DNA of 43,962 bases from Paraglomus brasilianum (Eukaryota): positions 1 through 43,962 of the forward strand of contig CAJVPI010000192.1 of the NCBI GenBank assembly GCA_910592345.1, in the 5' to 3' direction. A program made the position numbers and the translations under genes. Below are positions 1-10,843 of this stretch, one piece after another (position 1 is the first letter of the stretch; every line of letters begins with the position of its first letter). The notes beneath the pieces are model-generated. The model ran no database searches. It saw only the letters and a list, made by a program, of their open reading frames with translations, and was not told where the DNA came from.

Positions 1-299
1 GCTTAGCTCGTACTATCGCCCTTACTACGATAGTTGTGCAATTAAGACTGAATTAAACCTCAAGTGACCTATTTTAATTATGCGCACTTCTCACTCCCTA
101 TCCGAGTTTCAAACACTCGTGAATAAAATAAAGGTATCTAATAGAATAATAACAACAATTATTCTGTTAAAGAAGGATAATAATAAATAATACTATTATA
201 AAATTAAACAGGGCTATCTTCGATTTGTTTGTTGACTAGTCGGTATCCGTCACTTGTCTCACTAAACTAATTAAACAATATTCGTCTGGATAATTAATT

Positions 300-478
300 A
301 TGAACTCTCGTTCCGTCATTCACGTAATTGATTCGCGGACAGCTTATTAGCTTGATCAAATCAATGCTGTGGAGAAACCAAAAAAGCCGAACATGAATGT
401 TTATTTCTCCTTTGTTGAAAAGCAGGATTAAGAATTACGGAAGCCATTAGTTTTGAAAATACTTCCGTTACAGCTTAA
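300..478 (+). pseudogene. Tyrosine recombinase (XerC/D-like) N-terminal fragment, readable with TGA=Trp; truncated and frameshifted
   Basis: Frame 338-478 reads DSLLA[TGA]SNQCCGETKKAEHECLFLLC[TGA]KAGLRITEAISFENTSVTA*. LLCxKAGLRITEA matches tyrosine-recombinase box I (LLxxTGLRxSE, with the catalytic Arg). An ATG at 300 (MNSRSVIHVID) lies in another frame. Confidence 0.6.
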
Positions 479-1970
479 GTGAGCCGTCTATTAGAGTGTC
501 CGGTCTAATAATCAATTATAGAATATTAAATTATGTATATTTATAATAAAGGATTTCGGGAGAATATTATTAAGATCAGTAATATTTTATTTATTTATAA
601 CAATTTCAACTTTCGATGTTTTCACAACATTTGAACATGTAACATCCGTCATGATCGATGTTCACACAACATAAAGATTTGACGATGGAGGAAGAGCTAC
701 TTATATATCCTTTGCGTCGCAAGAAAAACGACATGCTTCTATATAAATTATTAGACTATGAAGAACAATTAATTTTAGCGTTTTTGCTGTCATATATTTT
801 GCGACACGCTGCGACTTACTTATCTGATTCATCAGATCAGCTCGCCGTAACAATACTAATACATCATTTTTATTTTTAATGTAATAAAAAAAATAATATA
901 CAACATACAACAAATACAACAAAAAACAAAAAACAAAAGTATATACAATAAAAGATAATTTTTCTTTGCTGCTCTCTTGGTAACTTTAATTCCTTTTTCT
1001 TCTCTTCTCCCCTTTTTGTACTAGTTTCATCTTCTCTTCCATTCTTTTATTGTTACCATTACTGCATTGCATAGAATGACTTCTATACCCTCTTTTCTGC
1101 AAGAGCATGCAGTTCCCAAATGGATAAATGAGACGCAAATGCAACCTCATCATCAAATAAGGGAGAATAACCTACTTGAGTGGAAGTAACCTAGTCAAGG
1201 TGGATATGATATATCCACTAAGGCACAAGAAATCTATGGATCACGAACAATGTGTGTAATACCCTGATCAGGGTATGTGACTTTGTATCACTGCAGGAGA
1301 ATATCACATTATGATTGTTAGTGGCATATCAACTGAAAATGCAAAAATATTAGACATGTTGGCACAACATTTTATACCTTTGATAAGCAAAAATAATCTG
1401 TAAATTACAGGTTTAGTTAATATTAAGACTAAATTTCTATGTTTCAAACAAAATCGTTTGTTTCTTACTTACAAGTATATGTTGTGTTTTGTATTTGATA
1501 ATTTACTTCAAACTCCAATGTGACCAGTAACCCTCACCCAGGTCTTATTTCACCTTCCACTTCCTTTGATACTAATTTCAACAGGTTGAGGGCAACAAAG
1601 TCTCTTAAATCATCCACTACCTTATTTTCCTCTTCATCTACCACTGATAATTTAACAGGATGTGGAGACCTTGTCTCCTGCTGTAATAGTAATATATAGT
1701 GTACCAACCCATATATATAATTGATATAAAAGGTGAACACAACCTCCATTTGGTAATGGACTGTATAACACATAGGTACTTCTAGTAACATTAGATGTTG
1801 CTTCCAACATGGTATCAATTGACATCCCTAATTAATAAACAGTTCTGATTAACTAATGTGAAATAACATACTAAAACATCAACTCTCTCATAAAAATTAT
1901 CTCAGAAAGTGAAGCAGCCTGGAAAGTTGCACTTAATATAATATCAAGTTGACTGGAGGGCAGGTCTGTA

Positions 1971-2110
1971 TTATTTCATTGACAATCATTTCACTGACAG
2001 TACATTTCACTGACAATTAACTACCAAAAAAGGATAACTTCAAAGTAATGTTGGTGAAGATTTGTCAGTAAAATGATTGTCAGTGAAATGATTGTTGACA
2101 AAATGATTGC
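1971..2110. mobile_element. Small fold-back/MITE-like relic with inverted arrays of ~15-bp subterminal repeats
   Basis: Left side has repeated (c)atttcactgaca(atc) at 1971-2018; right side has the reverse-complement units (gatt)gtcagtgaaatg at 2060-2110. Confidence 0.55.
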
Positions 2111-3894
2111 CTCCTCTGGGGGACCCCCTTCACATGCAGCCCACTTGAGAAATTAATTTCTCCTGTTACCAAGTACAGCCAGACATTCACTCTTCATTTC
2201 CTAAAATAATTTCCATAACATCCCCTGCTAAAGCATCTAAAATTAAGCTGCCTATTATTATGACACACCCCACTCTACAAGAACATACCCTGCTGGGATG
2301 CTAGTCCCCAGACTGCTTTGCCTCCTTGATAATTAAAATCACTTAGACTTCTTAACACTAATAACATACCTTATTGGCAACTCTAACTTGGTGAGACATC
2401 CTTGAGCAAGGTGCTAGCTGTAGCTGGTCTTGTCATCTCCATTCTTCCAATCTCTCTTTACATTTCTGTACTTCTTGTTCTTTGTGGCTGTTTTACTGCT
2501 GTTGATGTAACAATGTATGGTTTGTCAGTTTTTCGATGAGAGTTGTGTTTATTATATTAATGTTCGACAAAATAAGGTTTGTCACCATATTTTTCTACAA
2601 ACATCGGGCCGTTTGCCTCAGTCTTCAGTTAGAAAAATTCCTGATAGTTGGCCAGTTATAATAAGGCCTGTGCTAAGGTACACAAAACGTCTAAGAGATA
2701 AAACAACCACAGCTTGCAATGGCGTAAAAAAAAGGGGTAGTCACATGACGATTATTGCACCAGCCTTAATTTTGTTGGTTAAAATTTTCGCGGCGCAAAA
2801 CGATAATACATAGCGGCTCATGCTTCATTCTTCGATAACCGGATTAACAGTCTCCAATTTCCAATACCCATATATTGCATATATATACAGTAAGTTTTTG
2901 ATACTGTATTCAATTTCGAATTTACTTTGAGTGCAAGTGAAATATTCTAAAAATAAAACATCTGTGTTTGAATATCAAACATGTCATAAAATTCGATTAC
3001 TTCAGACAAGCATTCATGCCAACTTATCTCATAGTTAAACGTAAAGATTGTGCCTTAATGAGTACATACAGCAGCTTTTTGGATTGCAGGCCAAAGCATA
3101 ATTTAATGAATAGCGATATTTTATTAAGCATCCCATAGATTAACGTAATCGATATTACGTGCCGCGATAGCGTTCACCTTCGTAAGTCGTTTTCTACTGA
3201 ATAAAATCGTGTTCAGTCCCTAATCATTGTCAAATTTAGCCAGTTTTGAAGCGCAAGGTAAATTTAATTATAACATGTTAATTTATTTGATTATTATTAT
3301 ATTAATACAATAATGCAATATTATAATACATCACGTTTATATCTTGTAAATTAATAAAAAGTTTGTGTATAGTCTTTGTAATTATTATTATTTTACTATT
3401 GTACTAATTAAATAAGGTAATGGCAGATAAGACTATTGCTTCCAATCGGCATGCCAAGCAGCAAACTCACCTTTTATCTCTAACTAGCTTCAGGGACAGA
3501 TCCTTCACTTCACAAGCAGCTAAGTAGCCACCGAATCAGTCCCTAAATCTCTGCCAAGTGTCCCATTGGATCAGATCACCCAGCAAACCGTCAAGTAGTT
3601 TATATAACGTAAAGCAATGGGTACTTACCTTATACTTACCCAAAACCTTCTCCTCGTCATCTAAAAAAGAAAGAGAGGAGATCTGAGAGTGTTCCGGGCA
3701 TCCCCGTGACCCACTCATCAGACCCGGCCGGGATCACTTCACCGCCGGCGAGCACTTGAGGGAGAGTGGTGAGTAGAGGGGCATCATCACCACCCAATCC
3801 AGATCCGCGCCCGTCCACCAGCAGAGACAAAGGAGAGTAGCCACTTAGTGAACCGATTAAAGAGCAATAGTCATTTAATACGATTTTATCTTTT

Positions 3895-4900
3895 TTACTT
3901 TCGAACTTTTTCAGCTTATATGTATTTACGCTTTGGAGGATGAGATGTTGTGAAGTGATGGATGCGCGATAGAGAGAAGCGTCTGGTTTATATTTGAGTA
4001 GACATTTATTTGAGCTCTTTCGTCAGTTAGTGGTCGATAAACCGTGTCGTAAGACTTGTTCATGAGTTGTAGCGAAATGGAGTGACGGCAAAATTGTTTT
4101 TGTATTTACGCTCCGGAGGCGGAGATGGTGTATATGTATGAGTAGGCGTGCGTTTGAACTTTTTCATCAGTTAGTGGTCGATAAATCGGTTCATTGTTAG
4201 AGGACTTGTTCGTGAGTTGTAGCGAACTGTCGTACGTGCGTAATACGGAGTGGAGGAGAGGTTGTGAAGCGATACATGTACAATTGTCTGAGCATATATG
4301 AGTAGACGTGTGTTCGAACTTTTTCATTGCTTATGTGGTCGATCATCGTGTCGTTGTTAAAAGACTTTGTTCGTAAGTTGTAGAGAACTGTCGTAATATG
4401 GAGTGGCATAAAGGATTGTTTGTTGTATTTACGCTTTAGAGAAGAAGATGTTATGAAGCAATGCATGCGAAATAGATAGTGTCGTTGTTAGAGGACTTGT
4501 TCGTGAGTTCTAGCGAACTGTCGTACGTGCGTAATATGGAGTGGCGACAAAGAATTGTTTGTGTATTTGGGCTTTAGAGGAGAGGTTGTCGTGAAGCGAT
4601 ACATGTACAATTATCTGAGTATATGTGTGTTCAAACTTTTTCATCGCTTCTGTGGTCGATAAACCGTGTCGCTGTTGAGTGTTAAGAGTTCGTTGTTTGA
4701 TGACTTAATTGTGTCGTATGTAAGTAATATAGAGAGAGTGGCGACAAAGGTTGTTCGTTGTTTGATAATTATTCGTTGTATATTTAAGATAATGTTGTAG
4801 TTGCGCTTTGAAGGAAGAGAGGTTATTGTGAAGCCATGCATGCGCAATGGAGGGAAGTGTCTGGGTATATATGTATACGAGTAGACACGCGTTCGCGTGT
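3895..4900. repeat. Degenerate tandem repeat, about 6 units of 110-170 bp
   Basis: Recurring blocks gaactttttcat, tggtcgataaaccgtgtcg, gacttgttcgtgagttgtagcgaactgtcgta, ggagtggcgacaaa, tgtatttacgcttt and gagtagac (e.g. near 3903, 4013, 4157, 4316, 4480, 4634). Confidence 0.8.
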
Positions 4901-5363
4901 TAGATGACATAATATCGCGTCTGTCATGATTGTTTCCGTAAATAAGAACAATAGAATCAGTGTAACATTCCGGGGTACACGCAGTAAAAAATTTTTTAAC
5001 AAGTCATAAATTTTATTAATTGTCGTAGAAACATTTGGAAAGATTTAGCCTATAAGTATAAATGTAGAGTCTGCGGAACTGTCAACCAATAGTTAATGTA
5101 ACACAGCATGACACAATATCGCGACTGTCATGGCTGTTTCCGTAAATAAAAAATTTTCACTGGTTAACAAGTCATAAAATTTATAATTGTCACAGGCGGT
5201 CGACTGGTGGGGTAATTTACTACCGATAAGCCACGCGTATAAACTAATGATGAGCAATATGATATCAGCATTACCTATGTGGTACGGCGAGTGACAGATC
5301 TCGTGTAATACGTGTAAATAAACAACCACATGATGTAGAAACATTGCAGGGAGGTGCTTATTT

Positions 5364-5664
5364 TGTTGTATGTCAGATCGGAATTATAGCATATTGTATG
5401 AATCAAGTTGGCATTCTGCTTATCACTATGTGGAGCTATAGATAAGTTGCACACTAATACTAACGTACAAGAAACACGGATGTATAAATCTATACACTTA
5501 TAAGCCATAAGTCAAATAATATCATACAGTTAATATCAATGTTTATAGTAACAATATCAGTTAGCTTTAATATTATTACTTCAATAAATATCAATTATCA
5601 TGTTGTTATTAATTCTCTGTATTATTCTTAGTATACTGTATTATTACCGATCTGACATGCAACA
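5364..5664. mobile_element. MITE-like element, ~300 bp, with imperfect terminal inverted repeats
   Basis: tgttgtatgtcagatcgg (5364-5381) and ccgatctgacatgcaaca (5647-5664) are a 17/18 inverted match, with weaker similarity inward. AT-rich non-coding interior; no clear TSD. Confidence 0.55.
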
Positions 5665-6349
5665 TTAGTACTAAGATTTTAAATCGGGTCAAAACTCTTT
5701 CTTACATCAAAAATTTCTTGTATTGAAGGGTTCTTATCTCCTTATCAGATTTGGCAATCGAAGTTGCTAAAATTAGAAATCATGTTATTTATTCTATGAC
5801 ATATAATTTATCAAACAATAAAGCAGGATTATGAACGATAAAGACAAAATTCAATAATCTTTATTTCGAAATAATGCTATAAACATAGAAAGTCATTCGT
5901 CTTTTTCTACAAAATACAGTATTACAAAGGCACATAGTGTTCGCGTTCAGTAACTTGTCACGTGTTCAACAGAGATGGTGGTAGGTTCTTCTTATTACAA
6001 AATATCATTTTATACTGAACAATAAACTCCCGTTGAGAACTTAAATTAAACAACGTCGCGTGCGGACTAATTAGGACATTAAAGCTTCTTTGCCCTTTCT
6101 CTTTATAATTTTAAACTATGTTTGGTAATAGACGTCAGTCCGCCTAGAAGACAATCATCAACACCAATCCTCGGAGTTTCATGACTCGTTTCCGCCTTAA
6201 AAAAGACAACACTTTTGTTCTTCTCAAGAATATCACGGGATTCGCTCAAAAAAAAAGAAGAAGATATTTCCATATCCATCCGCCATTGCATGAAAGAATA
6301 AGAAAAGGGGCAAATATATCTTCGTTGCACAAGCTTAATTAGACGTGTA

Positions 6350-9127
6350 TCAAACAAAGTCGTCAGGAAGAGCGAGGTCGATTTGCTTTGAATCTAGGGT
6401 ATGCAAGAAATTAATCACAACCGTTCATCTCAAGATTCATCATGCGCAAAATAAAATGCATACCGCAAGTCACAAGTCCAACTGGAGTTGTAAGATTAGA
6501 GTCTAGAAAATACATAGAAAATAGAATCAATACTTATTTATAATTTAACGTGAAAAGCATAATTATGGTTTCATGCTGTACCCGAATAATCAACACCATT
6601 ATTTTTCGGTTTAGGTAAATATGAGCTTTCGCCCGGCAACATTTTACTAGAATATTTGCTCTCCTTTTCAACACGTGATAATGGTTCTACGTCGCCTCTG
6701 CGGTAAATAGTATTCCATACATTATCGTCAGACTTGTCCTTGTCTGCCTCTTCAATAAGGCGAAATATATGTCTATAAGATTCAAATGCAGTTGGACGTT
6801 TGTTGGGATCAGCATCACAACACTTTCTAGCAAGATTTCCATAAGCTTCTGGTGTTGTAGCAGGCATTGCTGGTCGCAATCCATTACAGATAGCTGTTGC
6901 CAAATGCTCATCAAATGGTCTATTTCTGAAGGGTGGCTCACCACTGGCAATCAAATGCATGATGATGCCAATGGCATACATGTCTGATTGCTGAGTAAAC
7001 TTGTAATTATGCAAGACTTCGGGTGCAATAAAAGGTAAAACACCTTGAACAGTTGAATTTGACCCAGAGTTCTTTGATCGAGAAAGACCAAAATCACATA
7101 TTAAAATGAATGGAAGTCCTGAACGAAGATATCCTTCTATCTCGGATGCATTGCAATTCAAAACTATATTGCCGCCATGGAGGTCACAGTGCACCAATCC
7201 TCTGTCATGGATAGTATACAAATTATTTAGAATGTCAAGCAGAATCTGTAATTTCATCTTCCATGTCAATTTGTTGATATTTTGTTCCAAAAATGACAAA
7301 AGATTACCACCATTGGCATATTGCATTACAATCATGTAATCTTTTGTCTTGGGTGGTTGTGTGACTCCATAAATCTTAAGGAATGCGGGATATTTACCAG
7401 AGCACTTGGCATGATTCTTGAACTTTTAAACAGACAGGTCAGAAACACGTCATTGATTGATCGGAGCGAATTATATAAGAGATTGATTGCTTACCTCAGA
7501 GATAAATACTTCCGGCATCTGCTCGAAATTCTTAAAGCGTTTAATAGCGACACGCTCATCCAAACTCTTACACCTGGCCGTATAGACAGTTCCATAACCA
7601 CCAGATCCAATCTCTTCAATCTTGTCGAAATCTGCATATTCCATAAGTTGGACATTTTTACCGTGATGCATGGAGACGTATCTTCCCAGTATTTCAAGCA
7701 TGTCTCGGTAAAAGACCAAACAATAGTCTCCGATAGACGGCACTCGAGTGATACCAATAATCCAAATATTATCTGGAGTTAATATCTCTGGATAGTCTTT
7801 AGTTAACTATTTTAAGTGAAAGATACAAGTTAATTAAAAAACTCAACATTCAGATGAGATCGTTTGCATCGTTTATGTATAAACACTTTACCTGATAAAA
7901 GTCGAACGACTGAGCGTTGTGCCCATCAATTATCTTTTTCATCATTACTGTTATCACTTCGCTCGTTCGCGGTTCTAACCAGTCGGCTACATGTGTGCAT
8001 CCATGGTATAATGAAGTCGCCTTGCGTACGTGTCTCAATTGAGAATACTCTATCCATTTTATATGACTATCAGCCTCGTCTTTCGCATTACTCCACGACT
8101 GCATTATAAACGAATCAAGGGAATTGTTCCCAGTAGTCCAATCAAGAGGTCTTGATGCCTTACACCACCAACAGAATGTGTTTATTTTGACTTTAAATCG
8201 TTCTGCACACGCCAGACATAACCCAATTTCATTCATGAATTTAATTAGATAATATTTCTGTTCTTTCGCATTATACGTAAATCCGATAGTAATCCAAACG
8301 TTTGTTGTACGTATATCTGGATGGTCTTTGCATAACTAGTGAAAAATACTTTATATTAATGTCAACAATTAATTTAGTAGAATAATATACTCTGGATTGC
8401 TTACCTTTTCATAATATGAATCTTCCGTCTCGTCCGTTATTTCAAGTGGAATCAATCTTATCGTACAGTAAACGGGTAGATCGGTTAAATAAACACTATA
8501 TCTTTGAATTTTGATACGATCGAATGGAATCCATTCCACATACGCCTCATTTGCCGAGACAGTCTGTACTTGTGAGTCCTTAATAAACTTGTCCAGTTTC
8601 TTGTTGTTGCTAGTCCAGCCATCAGATAACTCTTTATTCCCGCAAATACACCACACAGGACTACATCTGAGTATTCCACATGCAGAACAGAATCCACAGA
8701 GAGAATAATAATGATGGAAGCGTCCCCTGGCTACTAGATAATAATTATCTTCATATTTGGTAAATCCACATATCATCCGATTGCGATAAGAAAGCCATTT
8801 AGAATATCTTCTGAACTGATTAACATTGGGTGGATTAGCATACTCGTTTGTTGGAAGTGAGTAAATTCTTGCAAACTCATCCACGGATGCTGGTGTACAT
8901 TTTTCATTGCTACCAAGTAATAACAACATTACATAACCATGTCGTTTGTGCATAGCGTAACGGATAGTCTTGCCGCTTTCAATTTGAATTGTCTCTGTGT
9001 TGGTAATGTCCGAGTAAGGAATCCATTTAAGACTATAAGATCCAAGATCTGAGGAGGATCTGATCAGACCGTTTATTGCTGGACATTCCAAACTATGAAC
9101 GTCTTCATTCTCTGAGCTTAAGGACAT
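6350..9127 (-). CDS. TKL-type protein kinase of the expanded AM-fungal family, 6 exons, ~800 aa
   Basis: Exons 9127-8405, 8335-7892, 7806-7495, 7422-6582, 6502-6464, 6393-6350, all GT-AG and frame-consistent (2403 nt). Motifs IGSGGYGTVY, VAIK, HCDLHGGN, DFG, GVLPFIAPE, SDMYAIG, C-terminal DSKQIDLALP. Alternative ATG at 9139. Confidence 0.88.
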
Positions 9128-9739
9128 TGTTTTGAACATACAATTACCGGCTCGATGAAAGAGTAACGGTCTCAATGTCACACGAGTGATAGTGTTGTTA
9201 TGTGCTACATTCTTACACACAGTCAGGACCGGCAATACTAACTGTAACATTGAATACGTTCGTACGCAAGCTTGCTCTAGTAATAGCAATAAGTCTAAAT
9301 GTAACAATCGTTTAATATATTAACGCAGGTCTTTAGTCTCATGATATTCGAATAATTGATAATATTGTGCCGCTAGGATCGCGCATCAGCGATCATAATA
9401 GCGTAATCGGCGATGGTTTGTCGGTTTGTTTTTTGTTTTTTTTGTCAATTTCATTTTATTATGTTGCAATTTGTTACAATGATTATTCTAAACGATAATC
9501 TGGCATTCCCTCTGTCTTACACTTCCCCCCCCCATTATTTTCTTCAGCACACTAATCCAGTAATTTGGGGTAGCACTCACAACGAGCTTGACTTTTGAAC
9601 TTTTGTTTAAGAAAGTTGTCTTCCCGCTTCATCCACTATTGCCTTCTCAAGTATATTGTTAGTTGCCTTGATCACGAGGGGTGTACAGTTGCAGGCATCA
9701 GACTCGGATTTCTGTAAACATGTTCTTAGATGTCTACCC

Positions 9740-10640
9740 GGGATTCGTAGACCAGAGGCGGATGAAGCAAAAGCGTCGTAGGACTGCTTGATGGATTTGT
9801 GTTTTAGTTTTTGAATAAATTTTTTTGAGAATTGGATGTTCAATCGCTGAGAATTGGGATTCGTAGACCAGAGGCGGATGGAGCAAAAGCAAAAGCGTTG
9901 CAAGAACAATAGCGATAATTGCTCGTCATATTTGCAATATATTGTTTTAGCTCCGTTAGCCGTATTTCGCACTTTATATATCTGAACTCCAATTAACAAG
10001 ATCAATCGACCACCAGTTAGGACTGCTTGGATGTCTTGAGATTTGTGTTTTAGTTTTTGAATAAAATTTTTAGAGGATTGGATGTTCATTAATGGCCAGG
10101 TTGGCAATCGTTGAGAATTGGGATTCGTAGACCAGAGGCGGATGGAGTAAAGCGTCGTAAGACTACTTGACATGTTTGAATAAGATGTTTTGAAGTATAA
10201 TCAACTACGTCATTGGGATTTGTGTTTTAGTTTTTGAATAAAGTTTTTGGATGGTTGAAATTGGGTTTCGTAGACCAGAGGCGGATGGAGTAAAGCATCG
10301 TAGGACTACTTGACATGTTTGAATAAGATGTTTTGAAGTATAGTCAACTACGTCATTGGGATTTGTGTTTTAGTTTTTGAATAAAGTTTTTGGATGGTTG
10401 GACGTTCATTAATGGCCAGGTTAGCAATCGTTGAAATTGGGATTCGTAGACCAGAGGCGGATGGAGTAAAGGTCGTAGGACTACTTGACATGTTTGAATA
10501 AGATGTTTTGAAGTATAATCAACTACATTATTGGGATTTGTGTTTTAGTTTTTGAATAAAGTTTTTGGATGGTTGAAATTGGGATTCGTAGACCAGAGGC
10601 GGATGGAGTAAAAGCGTCGTAGGCCTGCTTGGGTGTCGTA
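9740..10640. repeat. Tandem repeat of 6 variable units (115-260 bp), possibly a decayed repetitive coding sequence on the minus strand
   Basis: Core (g)attcgtagaccagaggcggatg near 9743, 9858, 10121, 10265, 10441, 10583, plus repeated gatttgtgttttagtttttgaataaa. Minus-strand ORFs repeat SIRLWSTNPN and KNFIQKLKHKS. Confidence 0.85.
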
Positions 10641-10804
10641 GGACATCAACTTTATCTTTGAAAGTTCGTTTCTCGCGTTGTCCGGATGTTCCGTTCGGTT
10701 GAAATACTTATGTATGTTTATGCTTGCCATGTAGAAATGAATATAATTGGAGATACAGGAGCAGCAGATTTTGGTATGCCTTTGTCTGTCTGAATGAAGA
10801 AGAC

Positions 10805-10843
10805 ATAGTAATAGGGTATAGTAATAGGGTATAGTAATAGGGT
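10805..10843. repeat. Minisatellite (atagtaatagggt)x3
   Basis: Three perfect 13-bp units. Confidence 0.8.

Noticed and set aside
658..879. 73-aa ORF
   Set aside because: Short, no recognisable motif, in a decayed repeat-rich zone.
2662..2768. Imperfect inverted repeat taaggcctgtgctaa / ttattgcaccagcctta
   Set aside because: Too short and mismatched to call a MITE.
6103..6357. 84-aa minus-strand ORF
   Set aside because: Overlaps the kinase stop codon and 3' UTR; no motif.
9740..10640. CRISPR-like array of recurring 25-45 bp cores
   Set aside because: The intervening sequences are themselves repeated and irregular (115-260 bp), there are no cas genes, and the context is eukaryotic.
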